From a virus, in the IMG/VR virus record IMGVR_UViG_3300042398_001385, positions 1-64,000 of that record: a stretch of 64,000 nucleotides of DNA; one strand, 5' to 3'. Below the pieces are notes generated by a model that worked only from the letters and a program-made list of their open reading frames with translations, searched no databases and was not told the origin of the DNA. This document shows positions 30,550-40,974 of this stretch, piece after piece. How positions within the stretch are numbered: the first letter of the stretch is position 1; every line of letters begins with the position of its first letter. The position numbers and the translations under genes are program-made.

Positions 30550-31469
30550 ATTGTATTTTTATAATATTCGTAAGTTTTTTTAATCCCCTCTTCTATTGTA
30601 TGAGAAGGTCTCCATCCTGTTTCAAAAATTTTAGAAACATCCATAACTTTTCTGTATGTACCATCAGGATATTTGTAATTAAATTTTATTTTTCCCTTGT
30701 ACCCTATCACTTCAGATATTAATAAAGAAAGATCAGATATTGAAATATCATTTCCTGATCCTACATTTATAATATCTTCAGATGAATAATTCTCAGATAA
30801 ATGAATTAATGCTTCTGCTAAATCGTCAACATATAAAAATTCTCTCATAGGTTTTCCTGTTCCCCATACCTCGACATAACTTGAATCTGCTTCTTTTGCT
30901 TCGTGAAATTTTCTAATTAGAGCAGGGAGAACATGACTTGTGTCTAGATTAAAATTATCCCCAGGTCCGTAAAGATTACAAGGCATAACAGATATGTAAT
31001 CTCTTCCGTATTGTTGTCTATAAGACTGACACATCTTAATCCCAGCAATCTTGGCTATTGCATAGGAATCATTGGTTGTCTCTAAATGGCCAGTCATTAA
31101 ATATTCTTCCTTTATAGGAATTGGTGAATCTTTAGGATATATGCAGGAAGATCCAAGAAAAACTAATTTGCTAACATTGGACAAGTGACAAGCTTCTATA
31201 ACATTTATCTGTATTTTAAGATTGGTAGTTATAAAATCAGCTTTATAATCATTGTTTGCTTTTATTCCCCCAACCTTGGCTGCACACATAAAAACTAAGT
31301 CTGGTTTATTTTTTATAAAATATCCGATAACCTGGGATCTATCTTCAAGATCTAAGCTATATCTTTTTGGAGTAAGTATGTTTGAATTTGGATATTTATC
31401 CCTATATTTTTTATAAAGATTAGAGCCAACTAACCCAGTAGATCCCAATATTAATATTTTTTTATCCAT
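30525..31469 (-). CDS. fcl: GDP-L-fucose synthase
   Basis: GSTGLVGS, AAKVGGI, FLGSSCIYP, YAIAKIAG, MPCNLYGPGDNF, WGTGKPMREFL. Confidence 0.97.
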   Translation of the reverse strand: MDKKILILGSTGLVGSNLYKKYRDKYPNSNILTPKRYSLDLEDRSQVIGYFIKNKPDLVFMCAAKVGGIKANNDYKADFITTNLKIQINVIEACHLSNVSKLVFLGSSCIYPKDSPIPIKEEYLMTGHLETTNDSYAIAKIAGIKMCQSYRQQYGRDYISVMPCNLYGPGDNFNLDTSHVLPALIRKFHEAKEADSSYVEVWGTGKPMREFLYVDDLAEALIHLSENYSSEDIINVGSGNDISISDLSLLISEVIGYKGKIKFNYKYPDGTYRKVMDVSKIFETGWRPSHTIEEGIKKTYEYYKNTICRLEKRL

Positions 31470-31470
31470 T

Positions 31471-32217
31471 TTAGATTATTATCCAATTTTTACAATATAA
31501 ATCATCCGTTATTACTCCTTTTTTTGCTGGACCAAACCACTTAGAAGGAGATATTACTTTCTTATTATTATTTTTATTTAACCAAGCTCCCCACCAAGAA
31601 AAACTAGAATTTGCTATAATATTATTTTTACAAGAAGACATTAAACATAAATCTTTTATATCAGAATTTTCTGAAATATATTCAATATCATTAAAAGCTG
31701 TAAAAAATTCTCTGCACCAACTAATGTCATCAGAAAAAACATAAAACTTTTTAACGCCCGAGTTCCTCATATATTCTATAGATTTATTATAGTAATCAAT
31801 CCCAGGAAATGGATGATAATCGCTAAGATTAACATAATCTCCTCTTCTTATATGAATAGAACAGGTCTCTTCATTATTGTCTATAGAATCATCATATAAT
31901 GAATCAACAAAATCAAAATGATATAATATCTTATCCTCACAGTGAGAAAAATACTTATAAGACTGAAAATATCCAATTAAGTCCACATTATCCATATTAG
32001 GAATAGGATCATAATTAAAATTTTTCTCCCGGTAGATATTTTTTATTTCCGATGAATTTAAACTCTGGTCTATAGGATTTTTAAAAAAATCAGAATAATC
32101 CCACGAATAGAATTTAGCTTCTTTTGAGTATAAATTTGCTGTTCCTATACATGAAGCTATTTGGAATAACTGATTTCCTAATCTTCCGAAAGAACCGATT
32201 TTAGAGAATGTTATCAT
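31471..32217 (-). CDS. Alpha-1,2-fucosyltransferase (GT11)
   Basis: GRLGNQLFQ, GYFQS, IHIRRGDY, FSDDISWC, IIANSSFSWWGAWL. Confidence 0.93.
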   Translation of the reverse strand: MITFSKIGSFGRLGNQLFQIASCIGTANLYSKEAKFYSWDYSDFFKNPIDQSLNSSEIKNIYREKNFNYDPIPNMDNVDLIGYFQSYKYFSHCEDKILYHFDFVDSLYDDSIDNNEETCSIHIRRGDYVNLSDYHPFPGIDYYNKSIEYMRNSGVKKFYVFSDDISWCREFFTAFNDIEYISENSDIKDLCLMSSCKNNIIANSSFSWWGAWLNKNNNKKVISPSKWFGPAKKGVITDDLYCKNWIII

Positions 32218-33185
32218 TTTTCAATTACTGCTTTCCATTGGGAGATACATTTCTCCTCATGAATTTTACTGAAATTTATAACATTGTTTCTTTTTTCTTT
32301 AATTAATTCTTCATTTTTAGTTAATTCCAAAAGATGATCAAATGAATTAAAATAAATAAATAGATCTTTATGATCAGGTAAATACCATTCTGACGATTCT
32401 ATAAAACTCCTATCAAAAGGAGGACTCCAGAAAAAATTAGGTTTAAATGAGAGGTCTAATAAAAAATTTTTAGAAGGTATAAAATAAACGTTCCCTATTG
32501 ACCAGTTTTCAAAAATAGCTAAATTAGACCAAGCATAAGGAATGTGTATTATTCCTTTTATGCCTATAAGATCCGAGGGTCCATTGTATTCACCTCTATA
32601 CGTTTCTATTCCTAATTCATCACACTTATTTTTAAGATCCATATAGATATTATCATTGTGATATCTTGTTATTAAAAACGTATTACTTTTTAATTGACCA
32701 CTAGGAAAAAGATCGTATTTATCTTCTTTATCTACTATGCTAACAGGTCTAAAAACATCCGTATCCCATTCTATTTCTCTATATTTTTTAGCATACTCGT
32801 GTTCAAACTTAGTATAGGATCTAACAAAAGTATTATCTCTTTTTATAGCAGATTTAAATAAATCATAATAATTATTATCAGGAAAGTTTACGCTATTTGT
32901 TGCTGAATCACTATAGTCAAACCTATTACACACCCATATTATTAATTTACCTATAAATTGATCTCTAAGAAATATTCTAGAAAGTGGTGCAGTATCTGAT
33001 GTAATTACACAATCAAAAGAATTATAATAATCGCAGTTTTCTTTCCATATACTATCAGCAAGATCTTGAGATATATTATAATTCCAATTAGCCCTTTGAG
33101 TTTCTAATTGATATCCTAGTTTTTTACAAATATAATCTACGGAGATAACACACCCCGAATGATATGTTACGTGTAATATTCTCAT
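32214..33185 (-). CDS. Hypothetical protein, possible GT-B glycosyltransferase
   Basis: MRILHV start; GIIHIPYAWSNLAIFE and YFNSFDHL resemble a GT-B C-terminus; operon context. Confidence 0.45.
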   Translation of the reverse strand: MRILHVTYHSGCVISVDYICKKLGYQLETQRANWNYNISQDLADSIWKENCDYYNSFDCVITSDTAPLSRIFLRDQFIGKLIIWVCNRFDYSDSATNSVNFPDNNYYDLFKSAIKRDNTFVRSYTKFEHEYAKKYREIEWDTDVFRPVSIVDKEDKYDLFPSGQLKSNTFLITRYHNDNIYMDLKNKCDELGIETYRGEYNGPSDLIGIKGIIHIPYAWSNLAIFENWSIGNVYFIPSKNFLLDLSFKPNFFWSPPFDRSFIESSEWYLPDHKDLFIYFNSFDHLLELTKNEELIKEKRNNVINFSKIHEEKCISQWKAVIEK

Positions 33186-33814
33186 CTATTTACCTTATAG
33201 TTTCTTAACACGTCTATAAGAGGTTCCTTATCTTTTTTAATCCAAATTGTAGTTCCCATGTAGGTATCCTCAAAATGTATTTCTACGTAATTTGAAGGAA
33301 CTTGCACGATGTTATATCCATATATGTTTTTTAAAACCCTATTATGATCTCTACTTGTATCATGAGCGGCAATTATATCAGCTTTATCAAAAGAAAGATT
33401 AACTAGATCTCCCCTGAGATGTATACCAGCGTCTACGAAAATAAAATCGTATGCGCTATTGCTAATAAATGGATCCGTTATTTTTTTAAGGACTTTAAGA
33501 TATTTAGTATCTTCTAGAGGAAATCTTAATTTTTGTGCTCTTTGATCAGCATTAGATATTTCCTCAGGAACGTTTACGTAATGCGATTCCCAATTATCGT
33601 AATCTTTTAATTTTTCCTTAGTTTTCTCATACCACTCCAAATTATATGATCCTAGTGATAACTCCACTGATGTTACCTTTTCACAATTTTCAAGTAGGAA
33701 TTCAGTTCCTACGCCTAATCCAAACTCTAAAAAATTATTTATTTTTTCATGCGAGAATATTTCTCTAAAATAATAATTCCAATCTTGAGGAGGACCTAAT
33801 TCATATTTTTTCAT
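33182..33814 (-). CDS. Putative SAM-dependent methyltransferase
   Basis: FLEFGLGVGT, VTSVE, YDFIFVDAG, IIAAHD. Confidence 0.7.
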   Translation of the reverse strand: MKKYELGPPQDWNYYFREIFSHEKINNFLEFGLGVGTEFLLENCEKVTSVELSLGSYNLEWYEKTKEKLKDYDNWESHYVNVPEEISNADQRAQKLRFPLEDTKYLKVLKKITDPFISNSAYDFIFVDAGIHLRGDLVNLSFDKADIIAAHDTSRDHNRVLKNIYGYNIVQVPSNYVEIHFEDTYMGTTIWIKKDKEPLIDVLRNYKVNR

Positions 33815-35106
33815 ATTTCTATTTTTATTTCATAAGCACCATAGATAGTATCTATTTCATTATAATATATCCAAACCTTCTTCGGTTCTTTTATATTTAA
33901 TATTTCTATTAATTTTTTAAACTGATTGTTGTATAATGTATTAGCCCTTTTTATATTTTTTTTTAGATTATCTCTTTTTAATTCATATTCCCTTTCTAGT
34001 TTAATAAATTTACCCACCAAATTCTTCAAGTTTAATTTAGAGTTTGTGGGTATTATTAAATCATGAGATTCTATACTCATCATATAATTTAGTGACTTGA
34101 TATTATAAGCTAGACATATAGAGGGTATGTTGAACGAATTTAATAATATATTAGCATGTAACCTAGTAGCGATACAAAATTTTAGATCTGAGCAAAATTC
34201 AACTAATGATTCAATTTCTCCGTAGTTAAAGGATTTACATAAAATATTAATATCCTTATATTTATCAATATCATTTATCATTCTAATGAGTTCTTCGTGT
34301 ATTCCTCTTTCACCTTCGCCCATAGAATAAAATATTATATTATACCCCCTATCTAATATCCAAATACAGTGATTAAATATAGAATCGACCAATCTTTTTC
34401 TATAATCATCATAACTCTCATTTTTAATTCCTATTCTCCCTTCCCCGGTAACCTCAGCTAAATTTATTCCTATATTTTTAGAATCTAAATTATTCTTATG
34501 AGTAAATAATCCGGACAATAATATACCGGGATCATAAATAAATGGCTTTGAAAATTTTTTATTTATAGATTTAGCTATATTTATATCTAAAGGTCCTCTC
34601 ACTCCTCCAATATTGCAACAGGAAATAGAATCTATATTAATTTTCATTAAATCGTTAACAGGAAAATCAACCTCTTTAGTTTTTCCTGTTAATAATTCAT
34701 TTCTATTCTTATCTGGTATTTTAAAATTAGATGTATCGCTTATTCCTGTACCAAAGCAAAATTTAGCTAATAGTTTTTTTTCATTTTTTAATACCCCTAT
34801 AGTGTAAGATATTTCCTCTGGATGTATTAAAGAACCTCCTCCTATAACACCTATATTACAACCGCTAACCCAATTGTTACCGGAAGCCCACTTTAATAAC
34901 GATTTCTCTAAGAAACAATTAACATTATATTTTTTATCTATAGCTTTTTTTAAAAATCCCATAAATATTTCAAAAAGTACATCGTCCCCAAGATTTCCAC
35001 TGTTTAAGCATCCAGTATAAAACCCTCTAAATACAAGATCCCCATTCCTATTAATATTACTTCTTCTATTAATCCTATTTAGATAAAATGTATTGATATC
35101 CATCAA
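33811..35106 (-). CDS. Polysaccharide pyruvyltransferase-like protein
   Basis: GNLGDD, IGGGSLI, GVRGP, DPGIL, IATRLHANIL. Confidence 0.8.
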   Translation of the reverse strand: MMDINTFYLNRINRRSNINRNGDLVFRGFYTGCLNSGNLGDDVLFEIFMGFLKKAIDKKYNVNCFLEKSLLKWASGNNWVSGCNIGVIGGGSLIHPEEISYTIGVLKNEKKLLAKFCFGTGISDTSNFKIPDKNRNELLTGKTKEVDFPVNDLMKINIDSISCCNIGGVRGPLDINIAKSINKKFSKPFIYDPGILLSGLFTHKNNLDSKNIGINLAEVTGEGRIGIKNESYDDYRKRLVDSIFNHCIWILDRGYNIIFYSMGEGERGIHEELIRMINDIDKYKDINILCKSFNYGEIESLVEFCSDLKFCIATRLHANILLNSFNIPSICLAYNIKSLNYMMSIESHDLIIPTNSKLNLKNLVGKFIKLEREYELKRDNLKKNIKRANTLYNNQFKKLIEILNIKEPKKVWIYYNEIDTIYGAYEIKIEI

Positions 35107-35773
35107 ATATTATTTTAAATCCTGATTCTAATAGGTATGGTATAGCATTTTCAGATTTACCTAATTTATTGTTAAAATCTCCCATATCTCTAGGTGTACC
35201 GTTTAATACATCATCAATTAAAATAATACCTCCTTCTTTTAAAAGATTCCTACGAACTATAATCTCTGCTTCTTTTAGTTGTAGATTACATGTGTATTCT
35301 ATAGGCCACATATCACCAGTATCTAAATATATAAGATCGTATCTTTTATCGGTATTTTCTAAATATATTGTAGAATCCGATGTAATATGATTGCACTTAA
35401 TATTTAAAGAATCAGTCATTATTTTACATCTTTTTAAATGAGCTTCTATTAAATCCACTGTGGTAAATGAATTGTAATTACCGATCATACCAAAAATTAA
35501 AGTAAAACATCCCGCTCCCCAATCCCATTTAGAAAAATCATCCTTATTCCAGTAATTAGGATCGTCCATATTACATCCCTCAAATTTCCCGTCTACAAAA
35601 CTTCTAGATGTTCCTAATTCTAATATATCACTAGAATTTCTTTTATCGAGAAATTCTAAACAATATTTAAAAGATTTATATCTAGACTTATCAGGATCAT
35701 TATATCTTAATCCCTCATTAGATCCTATGTCCAATAGTTCTTTGTATTTGTTGAGTGATTCTATTTTATTCAT
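35075..35773 (-). CDS. Class I SAM-dependent methyltransferase
   Basis: ILELGTSR, YDLIYLDT, GGIILIDD. Confidence 0.8.
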   Translation of the reverse strand: MNKIESLNKYKELLDIGSNEGLRYNDPDKSRYKSFKYCLEFLDKRNSSDILELGTSRSFVDGKFEGCNMDDPNYWNKDDFSKWDWGAGCFTLIFGMIGNYNSFTTVDLIEAHLKRCKIMTDSLNIKCNHITSDSTIYLENTDKRYDLIYLDTGDMWPIEYTCNLQLKEAEIIVRRNLLKEGGIILIDDVLNGTPRDMGDFNNKLGKSENAIPYLLESGFKIIFDGYQYILSK

Positions 35774-35775
35774 AA

Positions 35776-36537
35776 TTATCTATATTTTGAAATATTTATA
35801 CTGGTAAAATCATTATCTATTAATGGATTTCTAGCTACTATCAATCCGTCGTGTGAATATGACTCATTCATATCATGCTCACATAATATTTTAAATTCTT
35901 TATTTATTAAAAAAGATAGACATTCCTCATGTAAGAATTCTTTAGGAGCTCCCCAGGATTCGCCTTTATTGTTTTTATCTGTATGTGTAGATATAAAAAT
36001 ATAGCCAACATTTTTTATAAAATCTCCTAGCTGCTCTAATAAATGATACTCCCATCCTTGTATATCCACATGAAGTATATCTATAAAACTAATTGATTGA
36101 TCAGTTATAAAATCTAGAATATTCAATTCAGGGATTTTTCCTATATGAAAACTTCCCTCCATGTTATTAATATTAAAATTCTCCACACCTAAATTAAGAT
36201 TAATCGAATCGACATCAATCATAAAATTTTTAGCATCCTTTATTTTTTGATTAAACCACATAGAATAATAAGCCCATGAAGATCCAACCTCAATCATTAA
36301 TCCCCCTTCCTTTATTTTCTCAAGAACTTTATAAAAAGCAAACTCCTCCTGTGGTTCGTGGTGGCCTTTACATTTTAATATTAATTCTGTCATCCATTCT
36401 CCACAATAACAATCCCTTATTATTTTTATCCCATTGTGCATTATTTGGAAATTATCCAATATATTTCCGCTATTTAAATCTCTATCTAGAGAATCACAAT
36501 CTTTACATAATAAGGCTTTATCTATTCTGGTAAGCAT
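35776..36537 (-). CDS. FkbM-family methyltransferase
   Basis: HEPQEE, MIEVGSSWAYYS, IDILHVDIQGWE. Confidence 0.8.
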   Translation of the reverse strand: MLTRIDKALLCKDCDSLDRDLNSGNILDNFQIMHNGIKIIRDCYCGEWMTELILKCKGHHEPQEEFAFYKVLEKIKEGGLMIEVGSSWAYYSMWFNQKIKDAKNFMIDVDSINLNLGVENFNINNMEGSFHIGKIPELNILDFITDQSISFIDILHVDIQGWEYHLLEQLGDFIKNVGYIFISTHTDKNNKGESWGAPKEFLHEECLSFLINKEFKILCEHDMNESYSHDGLIVARNPLIDNDFTSINISKYR

Positions 36538-37451
36538 TCTATTATCTGTTTTATTCTATTTACGTATGTATGTTTTTCTTTGACCTCATTCATCAAATAC
36601 CTTAATTTTTCAATATGATCCGGAGAATTTTTAAATTCTATGGATTTATTAAAAAGCTCTATTGTATCCCTACTATAGATAAGCTCTTCATTAAATAATG
36701 AATTTACACTTGGTGAATTAACGTAACCCATATGCCCATAAGATATATTTTTAAATATCCTGCAAGGAATATATTCATTTTCTATTTGCCAAGGTCCTTG
36801 TATAGTAGGGGAAATATATGAAGAATTTACCATGTTCCTATTTTGTTCAAAAGAAACAGGAGATGACCATGGATTTATCTTAATAACATCTATTCCGTTT
36901 TCATTACAAGAATTAAAAAAAGGATCCAATTCAGTACCGTTTTGATAGATACCAGTAGAATCTCCGAATGTTCCTATCCAAAGGCAGCTCTTTGGATTTT
37001 GTATATTTTTTGCAAGATCTAGATCTATTTCAGATGGTAGGAGATCTGTTGCCCAACAAGTATATAATGTATCAATAGTATCTTTCTTTATAAAAGTATA
37101 ATCGTTTATTATCTCGCTTTTAAAAAATTCATCGGTTTTAGTATTAACCTGTAAAACTAATATCTTACATTCCTTATCAATATATTTTTTACCATCAACA
37201 TTATGTAAAACATAATACGAGTTTTTATTTAAGGGTATATTTTTTTCCTGCTCTCCTGCAGTAATAAACAAACATTCATCAAAACCTATATCATCATAGT
37301 TTTCGTCGCTAAACCAATATGTATCGTATCCCATACTTTTAAAAGCTTTATAAAAAGAAGCATGGATATATGAGTGTGTATGGGTATTTAATGGATAACC
37401 CCATATTATTACTTTTTTAAATTTCATTTTTATTCTTTGATAATATACCAA
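36522..37451 (-). CDS. Putative glycosyltransferase (GT-B-like)
   Basis: KVIIWG...HTHSYIH, YIPCRIFKNISYG, VKEKHTYVNRI C-terminal motif. Confidence 0.55.
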   Translation of the reverse strand: MVYYQRIKMKFKKVIIWGYPLNTHTHSYIHASFYKAFKSMGYDTYWFSDENYDDIGFDECLFITAGEQEKNIPLNKNSYYVLHNVDGKKYIDKECKILVLQVNTKTDEFFKSEIINDYTFIKKDTIDTLYTCWATDLLPSEIDLDLAKNIQNPKSCLWIGTFGDSTGIYQNGTELDPFFNSCNENGIDVIKINPWSSPVSFEQNRNMVNSSYISPTIQGPWQIENEYIPCRIFKNISYGHMGYVNSPSVNSLFNEELIYSRDTIELFNKSIEFKNSPDHIEKLRYLMNEVKEKHTYVNRIKQIIECLPE

Positions 37452-38050
37452 TCTTCAAAAGGAAAACCGTTATGTGTTACGTTTTCTCTTTCAATAATAT
37501 AACCATTTTTATTAAGTATTTTTTGTATCTCTTTTTTTCTATATTCACCGTCTGAATATAAATTATGCTCTATAGTAATAGCTCCAAATTTCCAATCACT
37601 AAAAGGAAAGTTTTCTATTATAGCTATCTCGTTACCCTCTACGTCTATTGATAAATAATCTATAAACCGGGGTGCATTATTTTTAATTAATATATTTTCT
37701 AGAGTATCACATTCTATAAAATAATCATAGGAATCATTTATTTTGCTACCCATTTCAGAACTGCTAAAAGGTACTTTTCCTTTAAAATTATTAACTGCAA
37801 CATTTTCACATATACAGTCTCTATTTTTAACAAGTGATTGATAATTTTTTAGATCTGGCTCTATACATATGCCATTCCATTTTAGGTTTTTTTCAAAATA
37901 TAAGGTATTACTATAGTTAACACCATCGTAAGCACCTATATCTAAAAAATATCCATTTTTTTTAGAATTTGTTTTTTCTAAAACCCATTGGTCCTGTCCT
38001 GCTTGTGAATAAAACATTTTTATTTTAATTTCCAGTTCTCCCAAACCCAA
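37430..38050 (-). CDS. FkbM-family methyltransferase
   Basis: YSQAGQD, FLDIGAYDG, SNT, WNGICIEP, IDYLSIDVEGNE. Confidence 0.9.
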   Translation of the reverse strand: MGLGELEIKIKMFYSQAGQDQWVLEKTNSKKNGYFLDIGAYDGVNYSNTLYFEKNLKWNGICIEPDLKNYQSLVKNRDCICENVAVNNFKGKVPFSSSEMGSKINDSYDYFIECDTLENILIKNNAPRFIDYLSIDVEGNEIAIIENFPFSDWKFGAITIEHNLYSDGEYRKKEIQKILNKNGYIIERENVTHNGFPFEDWYIIKE

Positions 38051-38640
38051 TCATAGCACCATGTGCATTCATGAGTATTTTTTAATAATTCGTTTATTCT
38101 TTCTCTTCTTTCCTCTGCACCAGGAATAAAAGTGTGATATTGTACCTGTATATTTTTTACTCTACATATTAGTTCAGAATCAGATACTAGCCTTTCTAAT
38201 AAATTATATTCTTCTCCCTCTATGTTTATTTTAATCAGATCTATTGAATCTATATTTAGCTCTTTTATTACCTCAGATATGTTTCTTAATATTATAGCCT
38301 CTCTATTAGCATCGTCTATAGGAGTTATAGAGCTAGCATCTTCAGAAATATAGATGCTGGAGATTATATTATCCTTAGATAATCCATATTTAAGATTTCT
38401 TATTTTAGAAATGTGGCCAAATTTGAAATCGCAAGCTTTGTGAAATTCATCAACAGGTTCAAATAAATAAATATTAGATCCATATCTAGTATAAATAGAT
38501 TCAGTAAATGTTCCTAAATAACCACCGACATCAAAGACTACAGATTTCTCGTTTAATTCAGGATAATCTAGTCTTTTATAAACATCACCCTTATCTATAA
38601 ACCATCTTTTTACATTCTCCTTAAATATATCGTTTATCAT
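38020..38640 (-). CDS. FkbM-family methyltransferase
   Basis: VFDVGGYLG, FEP, IDLIKINIEGEEY, IQVQYH. Confidence 0.9.
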   Translation of the reverse strand: MINDIFKENVKRWFIDKGDVYKRLDYPELNEKSVVFDVGGYLGTFTESIYTRYGSNIYLFEPVDEFHKACDFKFGHISKIRNLKYGLSKDNIISSIYISEDASSITPIDDANREAIILRNISEVIKELNIDSIDLIKINIEGEEYNLLERLVSDSELICRVKNIQVQYHTFIPGAEERRERINELLKNTHECTWCYDWVWENWKLK

Positions 38641-38643
38641 ATT

Positions 38644-39261
38644 TTATGCTTTGGTTTTTAATTCACTTATTCTGTAATATAAAAGAACATCAGGAAGTAT
38701 TTTAAATTTAGCTCCTTTAGTGAGAAGTCTTTTCCACATGCAAAAATCATCAGATGCAATTTCCTCCGATATTAGATTTTCGTTATAATCTAGTATTTTT
38801 CTACTATAAGCACATGCAGGATGTGCAATTATATTGTGATTATTTGAAAATTCTTTAAAAATATCAAGTTCTTCAAATTTTGTACGATGTATATTTTCCC
38901 TTGTCTCGCTAAAAGAAATATAGTTTCCTGACATAACAGAAATCTCAGGATCAAAATTATCTATTTGTAATTTTACCCTGTCTAGTGGATATCTGTCATC
39001 AACGTTTGTATTTAATATTAAATCATAACCTAATGAAAAGCATCTTTCCAATAGATAATTGTGAGCCTGCGCATGATCATTAAGATTTAATGATATAAAT
39101 TCACTATTTTCAAATATTCTTTCCTCGCCGCCTCCATAATTTAATTCAAATATATCGAAGTCTTTATTTGTTTGATTTATTATACTATCCCTATATTTTT
39201 CTATCCATTCAATCGGATATCTACCTATATTTTTATGAAATGATATTAATGCTGTTCTCAT
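38644..39261 (-). CDS. GT2-like glycosyltransferase
   Basis: SIINQT, NVDDRY...RVKLQ, IAHPA, DDFCMW, LPDVLLYYR. Confidence 0.7.
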   Translation of the reverse strand: MRTALISFHKNIGRYPIEWIEKYRDSIINQTNKDFDIFELNYGGGEERIFENSEFISLNLNDHAQAHNYLLERCFSLGYDLILNTNVDDRYPLDRVKLQIDNFDPEISVMSGNYISFSETRENIHRTKFEELDIFKEFSNNHNIIAHPACAYSRKILDYNENLISEEIASDDFCMWKRLLTKGAKFKILPDVLLYYRISELKTKA

Positions 39262-40202
39262 GATCTTATTTCTTTATGGTCTTTGTCTAATAGTAGTATT
39301 TTACATATGAATTTTTCTCTCCCTCCCCATGATTCATATATTTTATGATTGTTCTCCGGATAATGATACGAAGGACTTAAAACTTTAGTAGGAACTAATG
39401 TAGTGAGATATTTATTTATAGCTGATTCATCGTGCCATATAGGAATTATTCCCATACTTTCGTCAAGATTTATAATAGTCATACAAAAACTAGACATCTT
39501 AAAAAATTCGTCTCTATTAAAAGAATAAAATCCACCTCCATAATAATTTTTAGCCTCCCTTACAGGAACGTAGCATTTAGATAATTGTCTTTTCTCAAAT
39601 GATCCCAATTTATTAACAAACCCGCAGTGCTGTGTTACTGTTATAGGATATAGTATTTCTGTTCCTATATTTTCTTTAATTAAAGTATCAGCGTCTATGT
39701 ATATTAATTGTTCACCTATTATCTTATCTGAATAAGTATTAAAAAAATGAAATCTCTTGAGCGTAGGATAAGGAAAAGGCCTATGTTCTATTGGTAATAT
39801 TTGATAATTTACTCCTTTTATTTTAATATCCTTATCTGTAAATATATTATAGTATTTTTTATTTTTTGGAAGTACAAATTTTTCTATAGATTCTATCAAG
39901 GGCTCAACAAAAACGTCGTATTTACCAGTTGCTACTATTAAAAATCCAACCTCCGTAGAATATTTACTCTCGTCGTTTTCATACTCACTGTGCAAAGGGT
40001 AATGGTTATTCATAAAATCATTTTCTTTAATTTCTTTATCTTTTTTATCCCCATTGGATTCACCTTCCTCAGAATTTATTTTTTTATTCTCTGAATTTTT
40101 AAATCTTATTGGTGGGCCAAATCTATTAACTAGCTGCCTACCGATGTTTTTTTTACCACTCATACAATATTTATATAATGCTAGGACAATCTTTTTTACC
40201 AA
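39258..40202 (-). CDS. GT6-family alpha-1,3-Gal/GalNAc transferase (ABO-like)
   Basis: FLIVATGKY, IFTD, TLKRFHFF, YIDAD, YYGGGFY, IWHDESAINKY. Confidence 0.88.
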   Translation of the reverse strand: MVKKIVLALYKYCMSGKKNIGRQLVNRFGPPIRFKNSENKKINSEEGESNGDKKDKEIKENDFMNNHYPLHSEYENDESKYSTEVGFLIVATGKYDVFVEPLIESIEKFVLPKNKKYYNIFTDKDIKIKGVNYQILPIEHRPFPYPTLKRFHFFNTYSDKIIGEQLIYIDADTLIKENIGTEILYPITVTQHCGFVNKLGSFEKRQLSKCYVPVREAKNYYGGGFYSFNRDEFFKMSSFCMTIINLDESMGIIPIWHDESAINKYLTTLVPTKVLSPSYHYPENNHKIYESWGGREKFICKILLLDKDHKEIRS

Positions 40203-40974
40203 CTTCTGCTTCTTTTATTATTTTAACTAGTTTATTTTGGTCCATAGAAACAAACTCATTAAAAAGCTTTTCATTTAAATTAAGATTTTTAGTGTCCTTT
40301 GATCTATGATTTAAATGAGCAGCTTCATAAGGAATTCTGTACATTGTCTCATCATTTCTATTCAATAAAAACTTTATAGTTTCCGTTGCTGCTTTATCTT
40401 CCCATCCATATCTGAAAAAATTTTCGTTATATCCTCCGAACGTATTCCAAAACCAATTTTTATTATAAACCAATATAGCTCCATATCCACAACCCCTTGT
40501 CATAGATCTAAATTTAAAAACCTCATCTCTTGGCTCTCCCCCTTTGTTTCTTAAATTGCTAAAATTCCTAGTCCTTATCCATTCGGTAGTTGGATTTTCA
40601 TGATTACACCAATAATAAGTTTCTGCTCCGGCAGCAAATTCTCCTTTAAATTCACTTATTTTAGTAAAATATTCCTTTTCGAAAACAAAATCCGAATCCA
40701 TTAGAACTATTATCTCCCCTTCAGCCTCTCTTGCACCTACGTTTCTGCACCAGCTTAGATTAAAACCTCTATTCCCGGGGTCCTTTATTCCGATATGTTT
40801 ATATTGAATTATATTATTATTCTGTTTATAAAATCTTCCGTCTAGTGACTGCTCTATTACTATTACTTCAAAATCTCTAAATGTCTGTTCGTTTATACAT
40901 TTAAGGCATTCATTAAAATTTCTATTTCTCTGCGGATCATTTCCTGCTGTTGGTAAAATGATAGATAATCTCAT
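40171..40974 (-). CDS. GT2/GT7-like (beta-galactosyltransferase-like) glycosyltransferase
   Basis: LSIILP, FNLSWCRNVGA, MDSD, GGYNENFFRYGWED (GT7 C-terminal-like). Confidence 0.75.
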   Translation of the reverse strand: MRLSIILPTAGNDPQRNRNFNECLKCINEQTFRDFEVIVIEQSLDGRFYKQNNNIIQYKHIGIKDPGNRGFNLSWCRNVGAREAEGEIIVLMDSDFVFEKEYFTKISEFKGEFAAGAETYYWCNHENPTTEWIRTRNFSNLRNKGGEPRDEVFKFRSMTRGCGYGAILVYNKNWFWNTFGGYNENFFRYGWEDKAATETIKFLLNRNDETMYRIPYEAAHLNHRSKDTKNLNLNEKLFNEFVSMDQNKLVKIIKEAEVGKKDCPSII

